The notes beneath the pieces were generated by a model. It did no database searches, was not told where the DNA came from, and worked only from the letters and a program-made list of their open reading frames with translations. 39,180 nt of DNA from Spizellomyces punctatus DAOM BR117 (Eukaryota): the NCBI GenBank assembly GCA_000182565.2, contig KQ257474.1; one strand, 5' to 3'. Positions 23,049-35,423 of the stretch are shown here, one piece after another. Position 1 is the first letter of the stretch. Every line of letters starts with the position of its first letter. A program made the position numbers and the translations under genes.

Positions 23049-25717
23049 TTAATCCGGTTTAATCGGTTGATCCAAGCTGATCGGCATCGGATTCCCTGGG
23101 ACAAGATTATAGTGGAGGGGACTCGACAAGGGTCGTCCGGGGGACATGGGGGTTTTGTTAAACATGCTGTATATGGTTTCAATCGATGGAAGTTTGGCAC
23201 TGGCAAACTCGCTTGCTGGAGCACTTTGGACAAGTTGCAAGAGTCGTCGTCGGATCTTTTCCGCTAGCGTCGATTCTTCCTCGAATGGGTGCTGACTTTG
23301 TCCGCTCAGTCGCGCAAACTGTTTGTTGGTCCATTCTTCCAATTCACGCGCGTTCCGCTCCAACAGTAGAATCGCGTCGCCCTTGGCCAACTCTTCATCT
23401 AATTCCCGATCTTGCATTCCCAAACACGCAGGAGAGAGCAATGGAACAATATCCACGCCCTCTCGTCGATAATATTCCAGCTCTGCATCCTTGATGATGC
23501 GTTCGGCTTGGCTCTCCACTTGTTGCACTTGCTGTGCAATGTCAACCGCTCCCCACTCAGTCGTCACCTTGTCCCCTTCGGCCCCCTTCTTTACCTTCGC
23601 TGAAAGATATGCTTGTACTCTTTGCACAAGCGAGTGTCCTCCTCTCGTCAACCGATGTATGGTTGCCTCCGCTGGCGCCCGCACCGCTGGTGGAAGACCG
23701 TCGACAAATCTTTCAATGCTTCGAACATAGGCCTGCCCCGTGAAATCCCCATATGCATTTCGTAATAGTATTGGATCTGTATTACTTGGAGGAAGCTCTC
23801 GATAGTGATAAGGTCCATATGCATCCATATCCGCTATTTCCATATGAGTCATCATGATCAGTTCATGTTGTCTCCTGTTACAAGGTCAGATGTAAGGGAC
23901 TTACTTGGAATGTCGGCAAGTGCCACAGACTGCAGCGAGTCATGTGTACACGACAGGTATTGACTGATATGGCGCTCGAATGGAGTAATATCTGGTGGCT
24001 TCCATGACGGCCCTACTCAAAAGGCTATTAGACAGCGAACACAGTGTAATTACTATCTAGAAATAAACGTACCTCGTATAACTGACCCGTCCGGCATGTA
24101 TTGCAAGCTCATTCGACTTTCCAAGTCCTCCGTGTGCTTCATTCGCTTCGACTTCCTTCGTCCTTCTACCTTTTTCTCCGCTGATACTGCCTAATACAGG
24201 CAAAAAAAAAGGACATCAGGGTCGCGAAACGCGACATGTGGGGTTAACCATTAGTGTACCTCCAAGACTGGCTTATCGTCATCAAGATCCAGGTCTATCT
24301 CCACATTATTGGCTTCACGCTCAATGAGTTTCTTTCCCTGGGAGCCCAGCTTTTCCGCCGCCTTGTAATACACCGTGTCTGGTGAATTATACGTTTTGGC
24401 ATTGGAAATGACCAGATCAAAGTCGAACTATTACAGGGAGTAATGTGAATCATGTGTATTTATTCACAAGAGAAAAGAGAATGGCAGCCCAAACCTTAAA
24501 AGCGTCGTACGACTTATACTCTCGTCTTTCAACTCTTTTCTCCATAGTACCTAATATTTTTGAAATGGCGACCACGAGGAGAGTAAGTCCAAGCAACGCT
24601 AGCACCACAGGCATCATCTACATACCCAGATCCATAGGTTCCGAGATGACGGTCATATAATCCGTCACAAGGGAAGTATCCACAGGCTCCAAAAAAAATC
24701 CGTAATGGTCTTTTCTAATATTTGGGATAGAACTTAATAAGAAGGTCCGTATGCTCGGCCGCGGCAAGGATATACTTACTGCTTCAGCGCAGCAATGACT
24801 TTCTTCAAGATGGTGTAAAGGCCCTTCTTTCTTGGTTTCCAAGCCCCTCTGCCATTCACTGCATTGCGGTTTTCGCTATACCCCCTGGCACGATCCTTCG
24901 CTTTTCGGAAGGGTCTTATAGGTCGGCCGTCCGATGAGACATCAATCTCTTCGCCAAACTCGTCCTTGGCGTCGAGCAAACCATCGGATGAGACACTGAC
25001 ATCACGATTCAACGGCACTTGTAAATAGGTCCCTTCCGAGTCCCGTCTTGACCGTTTCAGTTCTGGAGTTGAACTAACCCCATCCCACATCCTCTTCCCC
25101 TCACCCTTTACGCTGTAAGACACTTTGACATCCTCATCCACGTCTATTTCTTCATCTGACTTGATTTCGACGGCATCCGCATCCGAATTTGTTCGCTCCC
25201 TGTCCCGCGGATGCGATACCAAGGAGACTTTATTTGTTCCAAAGCACAGCTTGAGACGAGTGGAACTATCGTCTCCTAGCTGACCCCGTGATATCGAGGG
25301 TGTTGGCGAACCGGCTTCTATGTCGTCTACGACGAGCTCGCCGCCATCTTCACCGTCGCTCGTGTGATCGCCTGATAAGTCCACAGAGCTATCGGAATTG
25401 ACGGCAATCGGTGCTCCTAGTGCACGCGCAGCTTCCAGTGCGGACAGGCCTTTACGTTTTCCGCCTTGGGCAGCATTTGTGGCCGGCTCACTCGCGCGCT
25501 TTCGTTTTCCGCCAGTATTCCCATTTCGGCTGGGCGAGGACACATTTGAAGGCTCAGGTATCGATTGTACTTTTACAGCATTATTGCCCAACTTGAACGA
25601 AAGCTTGATCCGGGGCTTGCCTATGTCCGGCCAGAACGAGGGTTATGAGTGACACCGAGCAAGAAAAACAGACATTTCAGCAGTCCAACAACGACAATGA
25701 GATTGAGAGTTGTCCAT
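23049..25717 (-). CDS. Single-bromodomain protein, BRD7/BRD9-like (multi-exon; start approximate)
   Basis: Spliced bromodomain KDHYGFFLEPVDTSLVTDYMTVISEPMDLGTMEKRV...YKSYDAFKFDFDLVISNAKTYNSPDTVYYKAAEKL; downstream AYG.FTGQAYVRSIERFV recalls the BRD7/9 C-terminal region. Confidence 0.75.
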
Positions 25718-26488
25718 TTTATGTTTTACAGCAAGTTGCAAAGAAGAAAGAGTTGGCAACAAGGCCGATGCAGCGTGCGATGACAACAAGAGCTCAAACT
25801 GTACCTGGCTGTGACATTCAGCTGTCCTGTCCTTGGTTCGCCGGTTTAAACGTCTGGCAAATTGCGAGTTTGGAACGGGTAAAATCAGGATTAGTTGCCT
25901 TTCCACGTGACCATATGGGAGGTTCGAAACTGGGTGGATGGACTGCTTTCGAGTTTTTTGCTCACGTAGTGGAGCATCTCCACAGACTGTTCTTCCTGAC
26001 AATGTCGCATTCTCTGGGCTCTCCAAGCATCGATGTGTCTATATGCCCAAGGATACTGCATGTTGGGAACCTGCGACCACGGATTTGATGGGATTGACCA
26101 TTAACCACTCACCAACCACCTAGAAAACTATTGAGAACTGTCACTGCCTCGCCTTCCTAAAACCATTATAAACATTCTGTCGCAAAAGATAAACGACTGC
26201 AGCTCACTTAAAACAACATTGACGTATCTCAGCCCAAGATCGAAAAGGTGGAAGACGAAGGATTTATAGCCACGTGACTATACAAGCCACATGTCCGCCT
26301 TGCGGGAAGACTCGGCTTCAAAAATTGGCAGGCTAGTTCTGTGGAATCTCGACCAATCATCCGCCATTCTGTAAGTTTGATCGTATCTGTCCTTTGCGTT
26401 GCTCACTTAGCGCGCAGCGTACTATAAAAGTGTGGCAGGCATAATTTTCAACGGCATTCTGGTCAGTAACCCCTAGGTTCTATAGACG

Positions 26489-27269
26489 ATGTTGACCTCT
26501 CGCGTTATTTGCTCGGCGGCTCGTGTCTCTTCAGTAGTACGGCCTTCGGCACTGACCATTCGTGCCAATCCCGTTGCCACTTTCCGCTCTGGTGCGTGTG
26601 TCAGTCCACAAGGACAGTGGTGTTTTGGATCCATGTTGGCGGGATTTCCGGGTATCTTGAAATTTTCGCTCACACACCGTTTGGATTTCGGTTCCTGACA
26701 GCCCGGCCCGACCTCTTTCAAAACACCCAAGCAGACAAGCGAGATGCTGTTGTGGGCGCTGCCGCCCCGGAAAATCGTAAGGACATGTGTTTATAATTTA
26801 CTGGAAACAAGGTGGACATTTGACTGACTCGCTATTATTGCTTCGCTAGCCGGAACAACCAGTGAGTCATAGGTTCAAACAAGGTGCTAGTTTTCAGATC
26901 ATCTTAAACTCCTTGGTTATAGCACAATCGGGCGAACACAAATCCAAACTTCACGGCTCCTACCATTGGGACTTTGAGCGTGCTCTATCGATCGCGCTCG
27001 TGCCCTTGATGACCGCACCTTTCATTATCGGTTCTCACCCGTATGTTGATCTCGGTCTCGGTGTCGTAATTCCCCTCCACACCCATATTGGCTTTGATGC
27101 CGTCATTGAGGATTATCTTCCAGTTCGTCGGAATCCCATTATCCACCGCGTCATGAAATATTCCTTGTATACTGCGACGGGACTGTGTCTATACGGTTGC
27201 TACCAATTTAACACCAATGATATTGGCATCACCGAGTTTGTGAAGCGCCTGTGGACGGGAAAGCAGTGA
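26489..27269 (+). CDS. SDH4: Succinate dehydrogenase cytochrome b small subunit (CybS; spliced)
   Basis: Mitochondrial presequence-like start; HGSYHWDFERALSIALVPL...LHTHIGFDAVIEDY...FNTNDIGITEFVKRLW. Confidence 0.93.
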
Positions 27270-27496
27270 TCACGCTGTCGGTGCTGATGAAACTAAATGA
27301 TAGTGGTTCGGTAGCCGTGTAGAGGAAGGTGGTCAAATTTGTATGTAGAGCACAGCTGCCATGTTTCTTCCTTTCATACCGAATTTGATTATGTGGTCGT
27401 TACAGCCACGATGTATTTCTTCGGATCCCGGCCTTTGCCATAATCTACTTAAACCATCTTTCACTATGACTCTAAGGACTATTCTAACCTGTCTTA

Positions 27497-30400
27497 TCAA
27501 AAACTCTGTGATGACCATAGGTCCAGCACATTTTCAAATTTGCCACGAGATTCCCAGTATCCTCCTTTATAGTGCCACGACCGATTTCCATTAGAATACT
27601 CTTCCGGTCGTAGATCAAACCACTGAGGATGCCACTGCTCGCCGCGTGATTCCAGCATCTTTCGATAGTCGCGCTGCTTTTGCTCTAGTCGTTGCTTTTC
27701 TCGCTCAGCTTCCTCATCCCGGCCCTACATAAAATATTTTAGTTGAACAGAGTCGCAATGGACGTTGCCGCCGTTAATATCTGAGCTCTCTACCTCCTCG
27801 TACATCCTGAACAGCAGCGGTAAGTCACAAACATCATAGAAGGACATGGTTATAGCAAAATGATACGTACCTTTGGTCAGGTCTGTACCGTGTGTCGGTA
27901 TTTGGAAGCAATCCTTCCAGGTCCGGCGTAAGCTCTGGACATGACAATAAAGTGCCCGTAAGGGGACGGAAAATGTTGACATCCAAAACATGAAAGTCCG
28001 TACCATTTAGTTCTAGTGCGAAAGATGTGAAGCCATAGATCTCCGGATGATTAGGTGGGTTGGGCCTTGCGCGCCACACAACCTCCAGTGCATTCGGAGC
28101 AGACTCATGGAACTTTTGTAATGATTTGTCCCAGTTTCCGCTAAATATGGTCCATATAAAGTTCAGGAATGGCGGTAAAAATCCGAAAGGTAGACGCAAC
28201 GGTGTGAGTTACCTTAGAGACATCAACTTTTGCCCTTTTGGGCCACATATCGTGCCAACCACTTCATTTTTAGCAGAGGCAAAATAGCCAGACTCCTTGA
28301 ATGAAAGTTCACAATAATGGCCTGGAGCCATTTCTCAGTCGATGGTCCATCAGAGAGCGTATGCTGGCGGTAACCTACCACTAGAATGGGATATGATTTT
28401 CATGGTGCCGTAATGTTCTAAGTAGCGACCAGAAGAGAAGACATTCCGCATGCATGTGGTAACTAAGAAAGAATAAGCAGAATCAGCGAGTTAAAAATGT
28501 GAATTTGACATTCAGGTACCGAAGATTGCTCCTACCTTTCGTCCAAGTATAATGCTCTCCCAGAGCTGGAAACGCAACGTGCACTGTATCCACAATATGT
28601 TACACAACCATGCTAGTATGTACCGCACAAATTTGCACTAACCGGTGCCTGTTGGTATCAGCTCCATCGATTTTCTGAAAAATCAATGAGAGAATGTTAT
28701 AGCCAATAACGAATTGACTCTCATTACCCCCAAAACTTGGTCTTCACTTGACTATCTTGGAAAAAAATATAGTTGGGCGATTCAGCATGGCACGCCATTA
28801 CCGGCGGATGGTGGCTGACCTGGATCATCAGCCCCAGCTGGTTAGCAGAGCCCTTGATCTCATCTAGATCATGCCCTTACTTTCTCTGATACAAATTTGA
28901 AACCTATAGAATCACTATTGTCAGCACATTTGCCATGGTTGATCACATACATCAGCGTTACCATACCTTTATCCTCTCTGACGCACTCATAGGTCTCACC
29001 CAGCAGTGGATTGAACTAACGCCCCATATTTAAATGATGATAAATGATACGCATGTCATTTAAATTGTTCACATACCGGTTTTCTACCCGCCCGATGTAT
29101 GGTGGATGCATAACCTTATATATTTCGCGCCTTAGCAACAATCGCGGAGAGGATTCTCGGCGAACTTCCGCAACGTACCTGACACCGCAAATGCTGTTTC
29201 AAGTTGCATTAGGACACACGATTGTGAGGCTGTACGATTAGCAACGCGTTATACCTGCTATCAAGGCCAACCGATCAACAGGATCCGTGATGGATGCTGC
29301 TTGATCCAGAAGCTCACAGTATTCCAGCTCCTCGCATAGTTTCTGTAGGAGATTCAAGGGCTCATTCAGAGCGATGGGCATGGCGACCGTAGATAGATCT
29401 TTGCCAACCTATTGGTGTAACATCTAAGTAATCGCAGTCTAAGGTGCTGTTGAAGGCGAACTCACATTGTTCCGCAAGATTCCCATTATGCTAATATTTT
29501 GCATAGAAACCGTTGGAGCAGGCAGCTTTGTTCGTCGTACTATGGGAAGAGGCTGAATGGGCATGGCTACCTTGCTAGTTTCGTCCTTAGCTGGAGGAAT
29601 AGTTTGAGTAACGGTTGCTTCCGACGTAGCGCCCCCAGAGGTAGATGCTGTTGATGCTTGGCGCGATCGCCTATTTGGTGTAAAGCTCTCGTTTGATCCC
29701 TCGTCATCATCCTCAAATTCTTCATCGCTGCTGAGACCTTCCTCCGCTTCATGCATAGAATCACTCTCAGCACTTTCTTCGTCATCGCTGTCTCCACCTT
29801 CTTCAGCATCGTAGAAAACGTCATCCCGCATGGAAGATGTTATTGAGCCCGCTTTGTGGAAATTATTGAGATGGAGCGAGGTAGTACTGGCGTGCGCAAT
29901 GAATGACGTGAGAGTAACTGGCTCCAACCCGAACCTACGGCGCACGCGATTATTGTCGGCCAAGCATGCATGCAGTGCGGATTCCGTTTGCTGGATAGCA
30001 TCATGTGACCGCTCCCTTTGTGACCGAACAGTCTCTCCGTATGAGTACAGCTCTCGCTGCATGTTGTTAGCATTCGACAGAGCATTGGCAATCACGTCCG
30101 AGATAGAATTCAGTATGAGCGTAAAGTCTGAACAAGAAATATTGCGCTCAGCATCGGCGCGCACAATTTGTAGACAGCCAGAACAACACCTTTCATCTGG
30201 CTTCTTTGATCCATCCGTCCTCGAGATGACTCGACTAACTCTTTCAATCGCCCCAACTCATTCGTCAAGGTGATAACCATATTTTCGGCCTTACGTTGCA
30301 CATCACCCAGATCAGGATCCATCGCTCCTTTCGCTGTCCCATCCCACGGGCTTCCGGTATCATCATCATCTGGTATCAATTTGCCTCCACTTTCACTTTC

Positions 30401-31653
30401 GCGACCTAAGCTCATGGTCTTGGCCAATGTAAATCTCTGAAGGACAGATATCCAGGCCTGGAAGTCTTGCGGCGATTGTGCTTTGAAATGATAGAGGGCT
30501 TGACCAGAATCTGTCAGGGTGGTTATTCAGCTAAACGATCATCACGGAGAAAGCAGATGGGCAAGCCTTGGTATACCTATATCTATGAGACTTCGATCTG
30601 ATCCGTAAATGCAGGATGATCAGATGGATGAAACCAGCCAATTGCCCAAAATCACCCCGTACCATGATCTAGATGTACAGCAGCCTTTGGCAGCTCAACG
30701 GATCCGCGGCAAAAGCTGCATGTAACATAGTGAATCCAATGCAAAATGCAAACCAAATGAAGAGAAAGAGTCTTTCGTCCTCCTCACCTTCCTGGATGTT
30801 TATAATAGGACAACGTCCCATTGGTATCTACTGTAACCCATCGTTTTTGGAACCCCTGCATCTTCTTATTCCCTTTCTTCAACAGCCAGTTTTCCATCTC
30901 TTTCCGTACCGGAGCTTGTGATGGCTCAACATCCTTCAATGCCACAAAAAAGAATAGTTTCTTCGACGTATTCCTGATAGGAGAATGGCGAGAGATGAGG
31001 ATAAGTCAGCCAACAAGTAAGGACCGTGTGCTATTACTCACATTGAAAACGTATTATCCCATAATAGTACGCTATGGACGCGAGACTAACATTGAGCATT
31101 TGGCAACGCGGATTCCAATCGTGTACAAAGGTACCCACTAAATCCCAGGTTCTTCTATGTAGAAGCTCCCCTTGACGGTGAATTTCGACGAGTCATAGTG
31201 CGTAACGGGCATGATTTCCACAAGTTCCGGGTCAATGAACGATTCCTTTTTCCTTCGTCTGCCGGAAGCAGAACCCTCGGTGGATTCGGAAAAGGACTTT
31301 GCAGATGCATTGTCCTTCAGGGCGCCAAGACTGGGAGGATATTCGGCGAATTCAGGTGGTGTCACCGCTGAAGTAGTTCCCTTCGACCTGGGAACCAGTG
31401 GCGATGATGGCGTAGATGTTTTCTCATCCCCGTCGCTGCCGACAACCACAAAGCTCTTTCCAACTTCTCTGAGAGTTCCACTTTGTAGTACGTACGTTCC
31501 TGTTTCGGTATATGCACGGTTGACTTTGCGGTACAGTCCAAAGGATATATTTTTACGCCGGGTAAAGAAATTCCAGCACAGTTCCTTGCCCGGTTGGTCG
31601 ACGTTCACAAAATGCTTAAAAGCACTCCTCTGTCTAATTGTAACCTCCTGCAT
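27497..31653 (-). CDS. OSH3: Oxysterol-binding protein homologue, Osh3 type (GOLD-PH-ORD; many exons)
   Basis: GOLD-like N-terminus ([15 protein letters not shown]); PH domain ([18 protein letters not shown]); [67 protein letters not shown]. Confidence 0.92.
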
Positions 31654-31857
31654 ATCCACCTGATAAAGGACCGTGCGTTCCCTCCGGCAATTGTCTGAGC
31701 TGGGAAATCAAGGGAAGATGATTCTTCACGCCCGCTGGCCTTCTAAGGTCAACTTCGAGACGCTTCGAGCGGGACAACAGATCACATGACCCAGTTGCGA
31801 CTTATCTCAGCCAGTTCAGTTACTCTGGTTTCGATCTTGAAAGAATTAGAACTTCCG

Positions 31858-32504
31858 ATGAGCAGCACAGCGGGAGCCCGAACTACGAGAGCACAAATCC
31901 AGAGAGGACATGACCGTGGCCGTGGAAATCGTACGTTCCCGAAACCCGGACAATCAGCCCAACGCAATATCTGAACACTCCAGCAATTTCAGAAACGGAG
32001 ACTTTTGTGACTCCTATTAACCAGCCTGCTGGCGGCGTTCAACAAACCTCTGGAGGTGTGGGACGGGGTCGAGGGCGCGGGCGAGGTCGAGGGCGGTATG
32101 CATGCTTGCTGACACTGTACTCTTGGAACTTCGCTACTTGACGGTCCACCACTCTCACACTCTAGCATTTCACGGCTCTCTCCAAGTGGCACACAATTGC
32201 GAACTGATACACACCAAAGCGGGCAACAATCTTCGACGTCAAACTCATTTCGAAATATGAGAGGAGGCCGACGTCTTGGTACTTCATGCAGTGTTACGGA
32301 ATATGAGCGGGTTGCAGCTAGCACGCAAATGCTCAATTTCACGGTTCTTCGTTTTGTCCCTCGTGCCTAGCTCCTCCTGCTGCAGCACAACCCAAGGATC
32401 GGGATTCTATGAGAGCCAAGATGGCCGAGGCAGCGGAATCTCGAATTAAAGGAGAGGAAGGGACATTCCAAGAAGAGAACAAGAATTCGAAAGGAGAATC
32501 ATGA
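31858..32504 (+). CDS. Predicted ~143-aa RG-repeat protein with C-terminal VIM-type p97/Cdc48-binding motif (4 exons)
   Basis: Exons 31858-31930, 31984-32095, 32166-32278 and 32371-32504 join in phase through GT-AG introns with no stop. Encodes GRGRGRGRGRGR and RAKMAEAAESR. Confidence 0.65.
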
Positions 32505-32763
32505 TTTGTCAAGATCGTGGACATGGTTCACAGCCGGGCAGTGACCATTGGTATTATTGGTGCTTATCTTTTGTAGTTTGGTTTCATTGCCTTGCAAATA
32601 TCGCAGTGCTCCTTCGCATTCTGTCATATGTCTGGGTTTCCTAATGTCACTCCTTCTTGCGGGATATATCTGAGCATCGGCAGCCTTACAAACGTTTCTT
32701 GTGAGCGAAATGAATCTTCACCGAAAATGATGGGTACTGCATATAGTATTAAATGACCGTAGC

Positions 32764-35228
32764 TCAACCAAAATATAGTGGAACGCAACCAATTTTCCCA
32801 TTTTCCCAAACCACCGTTAGTAAGGCCCCTCTGCCGAATTGTGGATGAAAGCCCAGAGCCATTGGTAGAGGCGGTGCATTGTTGCCGCTCCGTTCTACTG
32901 GACGCTGATTCTGGGGACTTGCCTCCCAGTTCGAGGTCGTCGTGATACGGGTATGGCCCCGCTCTGGTGCGTCGACTTCCTGTCGGTAAGGGGACCGTGG
33001 GGGTTGAGGTTGTGGTTCACGTGGGTTCCATTTTGGTCCTCGGATGTATCCACTAGGTAGGATGAGATTCTCAAAGCAGATGCGTCAATGCAAGCTGGCT
33101 CTTACAGTGGTTGAAATTTGGGCAAGGGCCTCGTTCTCACGGCAAGGAGATATATTAATTCGGCACCCAGATGATCGCCCTCAAAGGCCAAAGCTAACCG
33201 CTCCCCAGTCGGATCAAAACTCATACGCTTGATGACACCGCCGACCCTGGAATCTTGTCTTAGCAATGTGAGCAGCAGAGAGCATCAGCAGGAGGTGCTA
33301 CCTACTTTAACATAGTACCGGCTGACGTTCGACTAATGCGCATAGGCACGGGCAGGGTATATACATCCTTACACTCTGTAGGAATCATTTTTTAGCATCG
33401 TAATGGTGCGCAAAGGAATAAACTACTTGCATACCGAGATGCGGTGGTGGGCTATTCATTTGCCATACGCTTATTTGATCAGAACCTTCCATCGCAAACA
33501 TGAACATTTTACTGTCCGGCATCCAACAGACAGACTTACACACCGAACGGGAAATGAGGACACCTAGCCGAGGTGGATGAACGTAATAAAGAATACATAC
33601 ATGTGGTCGGCCGTGATGCGTCGGCAAAGACTTTCCTTCCCATGTTCGCGTTTCCCATATGATCAAACGATGAGTCCTATATCAGAGGGCAATATTACTG
33701 AATACGCAAAAAGAAGCCGTTCTCATATTTTCCTTCCTTACGTGCATGCTTGGATAAGGAACATCCCGTCTGGACTCCATTTTAATTCCGCTGTGCCCTT
33801 GCATGGCCTGCTGATGGACGTCGGGACCTCCGCCGCAACGTCCCAAATTATGATTGCTGAATTTGTACCCGACCCCATTGCTAGAAATTGACCGTCCGGT
33901 GACCATGCTAAGGTCGTGATACTTTCAAAGCCAGGAACGCGTAGAAAATTCATCCATGCGTAGCCTGGATGTACTTCATCGAAGAGCGCCGGAACTGTGT
34001 CTCGATCAAAATTCGCATCTCCGCCTTGCTGAAATCCGGTTTGTTCAAAGAGTAGACGCCACAGACAAACGCCATATCTGGAGGTGGTGTTTAGAAAGCA
34101 CCGCATGCCCTCAGGATGAGTACGATAGATATCCTTACTTGGATCCAACAGCAAGGACAGGCGCTCCATGTGGATTCCACACAGCACATGTTACATCCCG
34201 TTGATAAGGATGATTCAGCCCAAGGGTAGGTCTGGGAAACCACCCTGAAACATGGTTCTTAGTCAGGTTCAAACAAGGTACCTGTGCATGGACATACTTT
34301 CTGCAACAACATCATAGATGTGTACACTGTCTTGCCTGTGGACAATGGCCAGAACTTGACGCGAGTGATGCCACGCAAGGGTTCTGACAGGTGCGCGTTG
34401 CATATCTTGCAGAAGTGTCGTATAGTACTCCATGTGCTGAAGTTGCTGGAAAAGTAATGATTATTGGTCCTTCGGTATATCATTCTGAATCACTACGGCT
34501 CTCATACAATATTCGCTTTTCCATTCATGAGGCGACAGGCATTTTCCGCAATCGCTTTCAAATGAGCTTGAGTTGCAATCCAAAAATCCAGTGATGTGAT
34601 ACTAGTCGAAGTTGTGGGTAAATAGATATCGTGAGACGATCTGACAAAAAGCACAGAATACGCACTGCGATATTATTGGGTACACACTGGACCGTGTCTT
34701 CGAGCTCCAATTCGCATACGAATGAGAGGATGTTCTTGACGCGTCGTCCACCTCGTACGGAAGTTTGATCGATGGATATAGGATACCCTAGAGTAACATC
34801 CAGCAGAGGTCAATAATACAGATGGCGGAGATGTTCTCAACTGACCAATACCTACACCAGCTTTTGCAAATCTCTCCAGGGCTGGGTCATCGTTGCTCTT
34901 GATATTCTCTGAGGACAAAGCATCCAGGTTTACTTTTCCATGTGGATCTCTTTATAGACACCAATTTACTTACCAAGAGCACCGTTCAGTTCGCAGAGGG
35001 TGACTTCATCAGGATCTGGTAGCGAGCACTTTGTACTCTCGGTTTTCCCTGGTACCAAGATATCCTTTATTAGTCTGGTGAATGACCAGATTCCATAATG
35101 AACCTATACCAGACTGGACATCATTCGCGAAGGTTCCGCCTGGAAAGCACCACAGATAGTCAAAATTCACATCACTTCGTTTATAATTTGTACGCTCTTC
35201 TATACTCACCAGGGCTTGCTGCCCTCAT
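32764..35228 (-). CDS. AAAS: Aladin-like WD40 nucleoporin (multi-exon; 5' structure approximate)
   Basis: LPDPDEVTLCELNG; ITTLAWSPDGQFLAMGSGTNSAIIIWDV; LKWSPDG; IWETRTW; C-terminal FHPQFGRGALLTVVWENGKIGCVPLYFG*. Confidence 0.85.
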
Positions 35229-35423
35229 TCTGATCGTTATGTGCGTGATACTTTGGCAAAGATGTCCAGAAGCTCGACTTGCTGCTCTCTGACTCACTTT
35301 ATATCACGTGACTCTCACTCTTTTTGGTTTTCTCGTAATCCATCCTCCTTCCCGCGAGCCCATAAATTCCAATTCCGCGGTGTTCTGTAGTCGACGGAGC
35401 CGATATTGTTTAACAGCCTTTAA

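Noticed and set aside
25645-26088. 147-aa + strand ORF and overlapping 127-aa - strand ORF
   Set aside because: No recognisable motif, and they overlap the 5' region of the bromodomain gene; probably spurious.
2760-27269. SDHAF4 and SDH4 as a complex II gene cluster
   Set aside because: About 23 kb and ten unrelated genes apart; chance co-location is sufficient.
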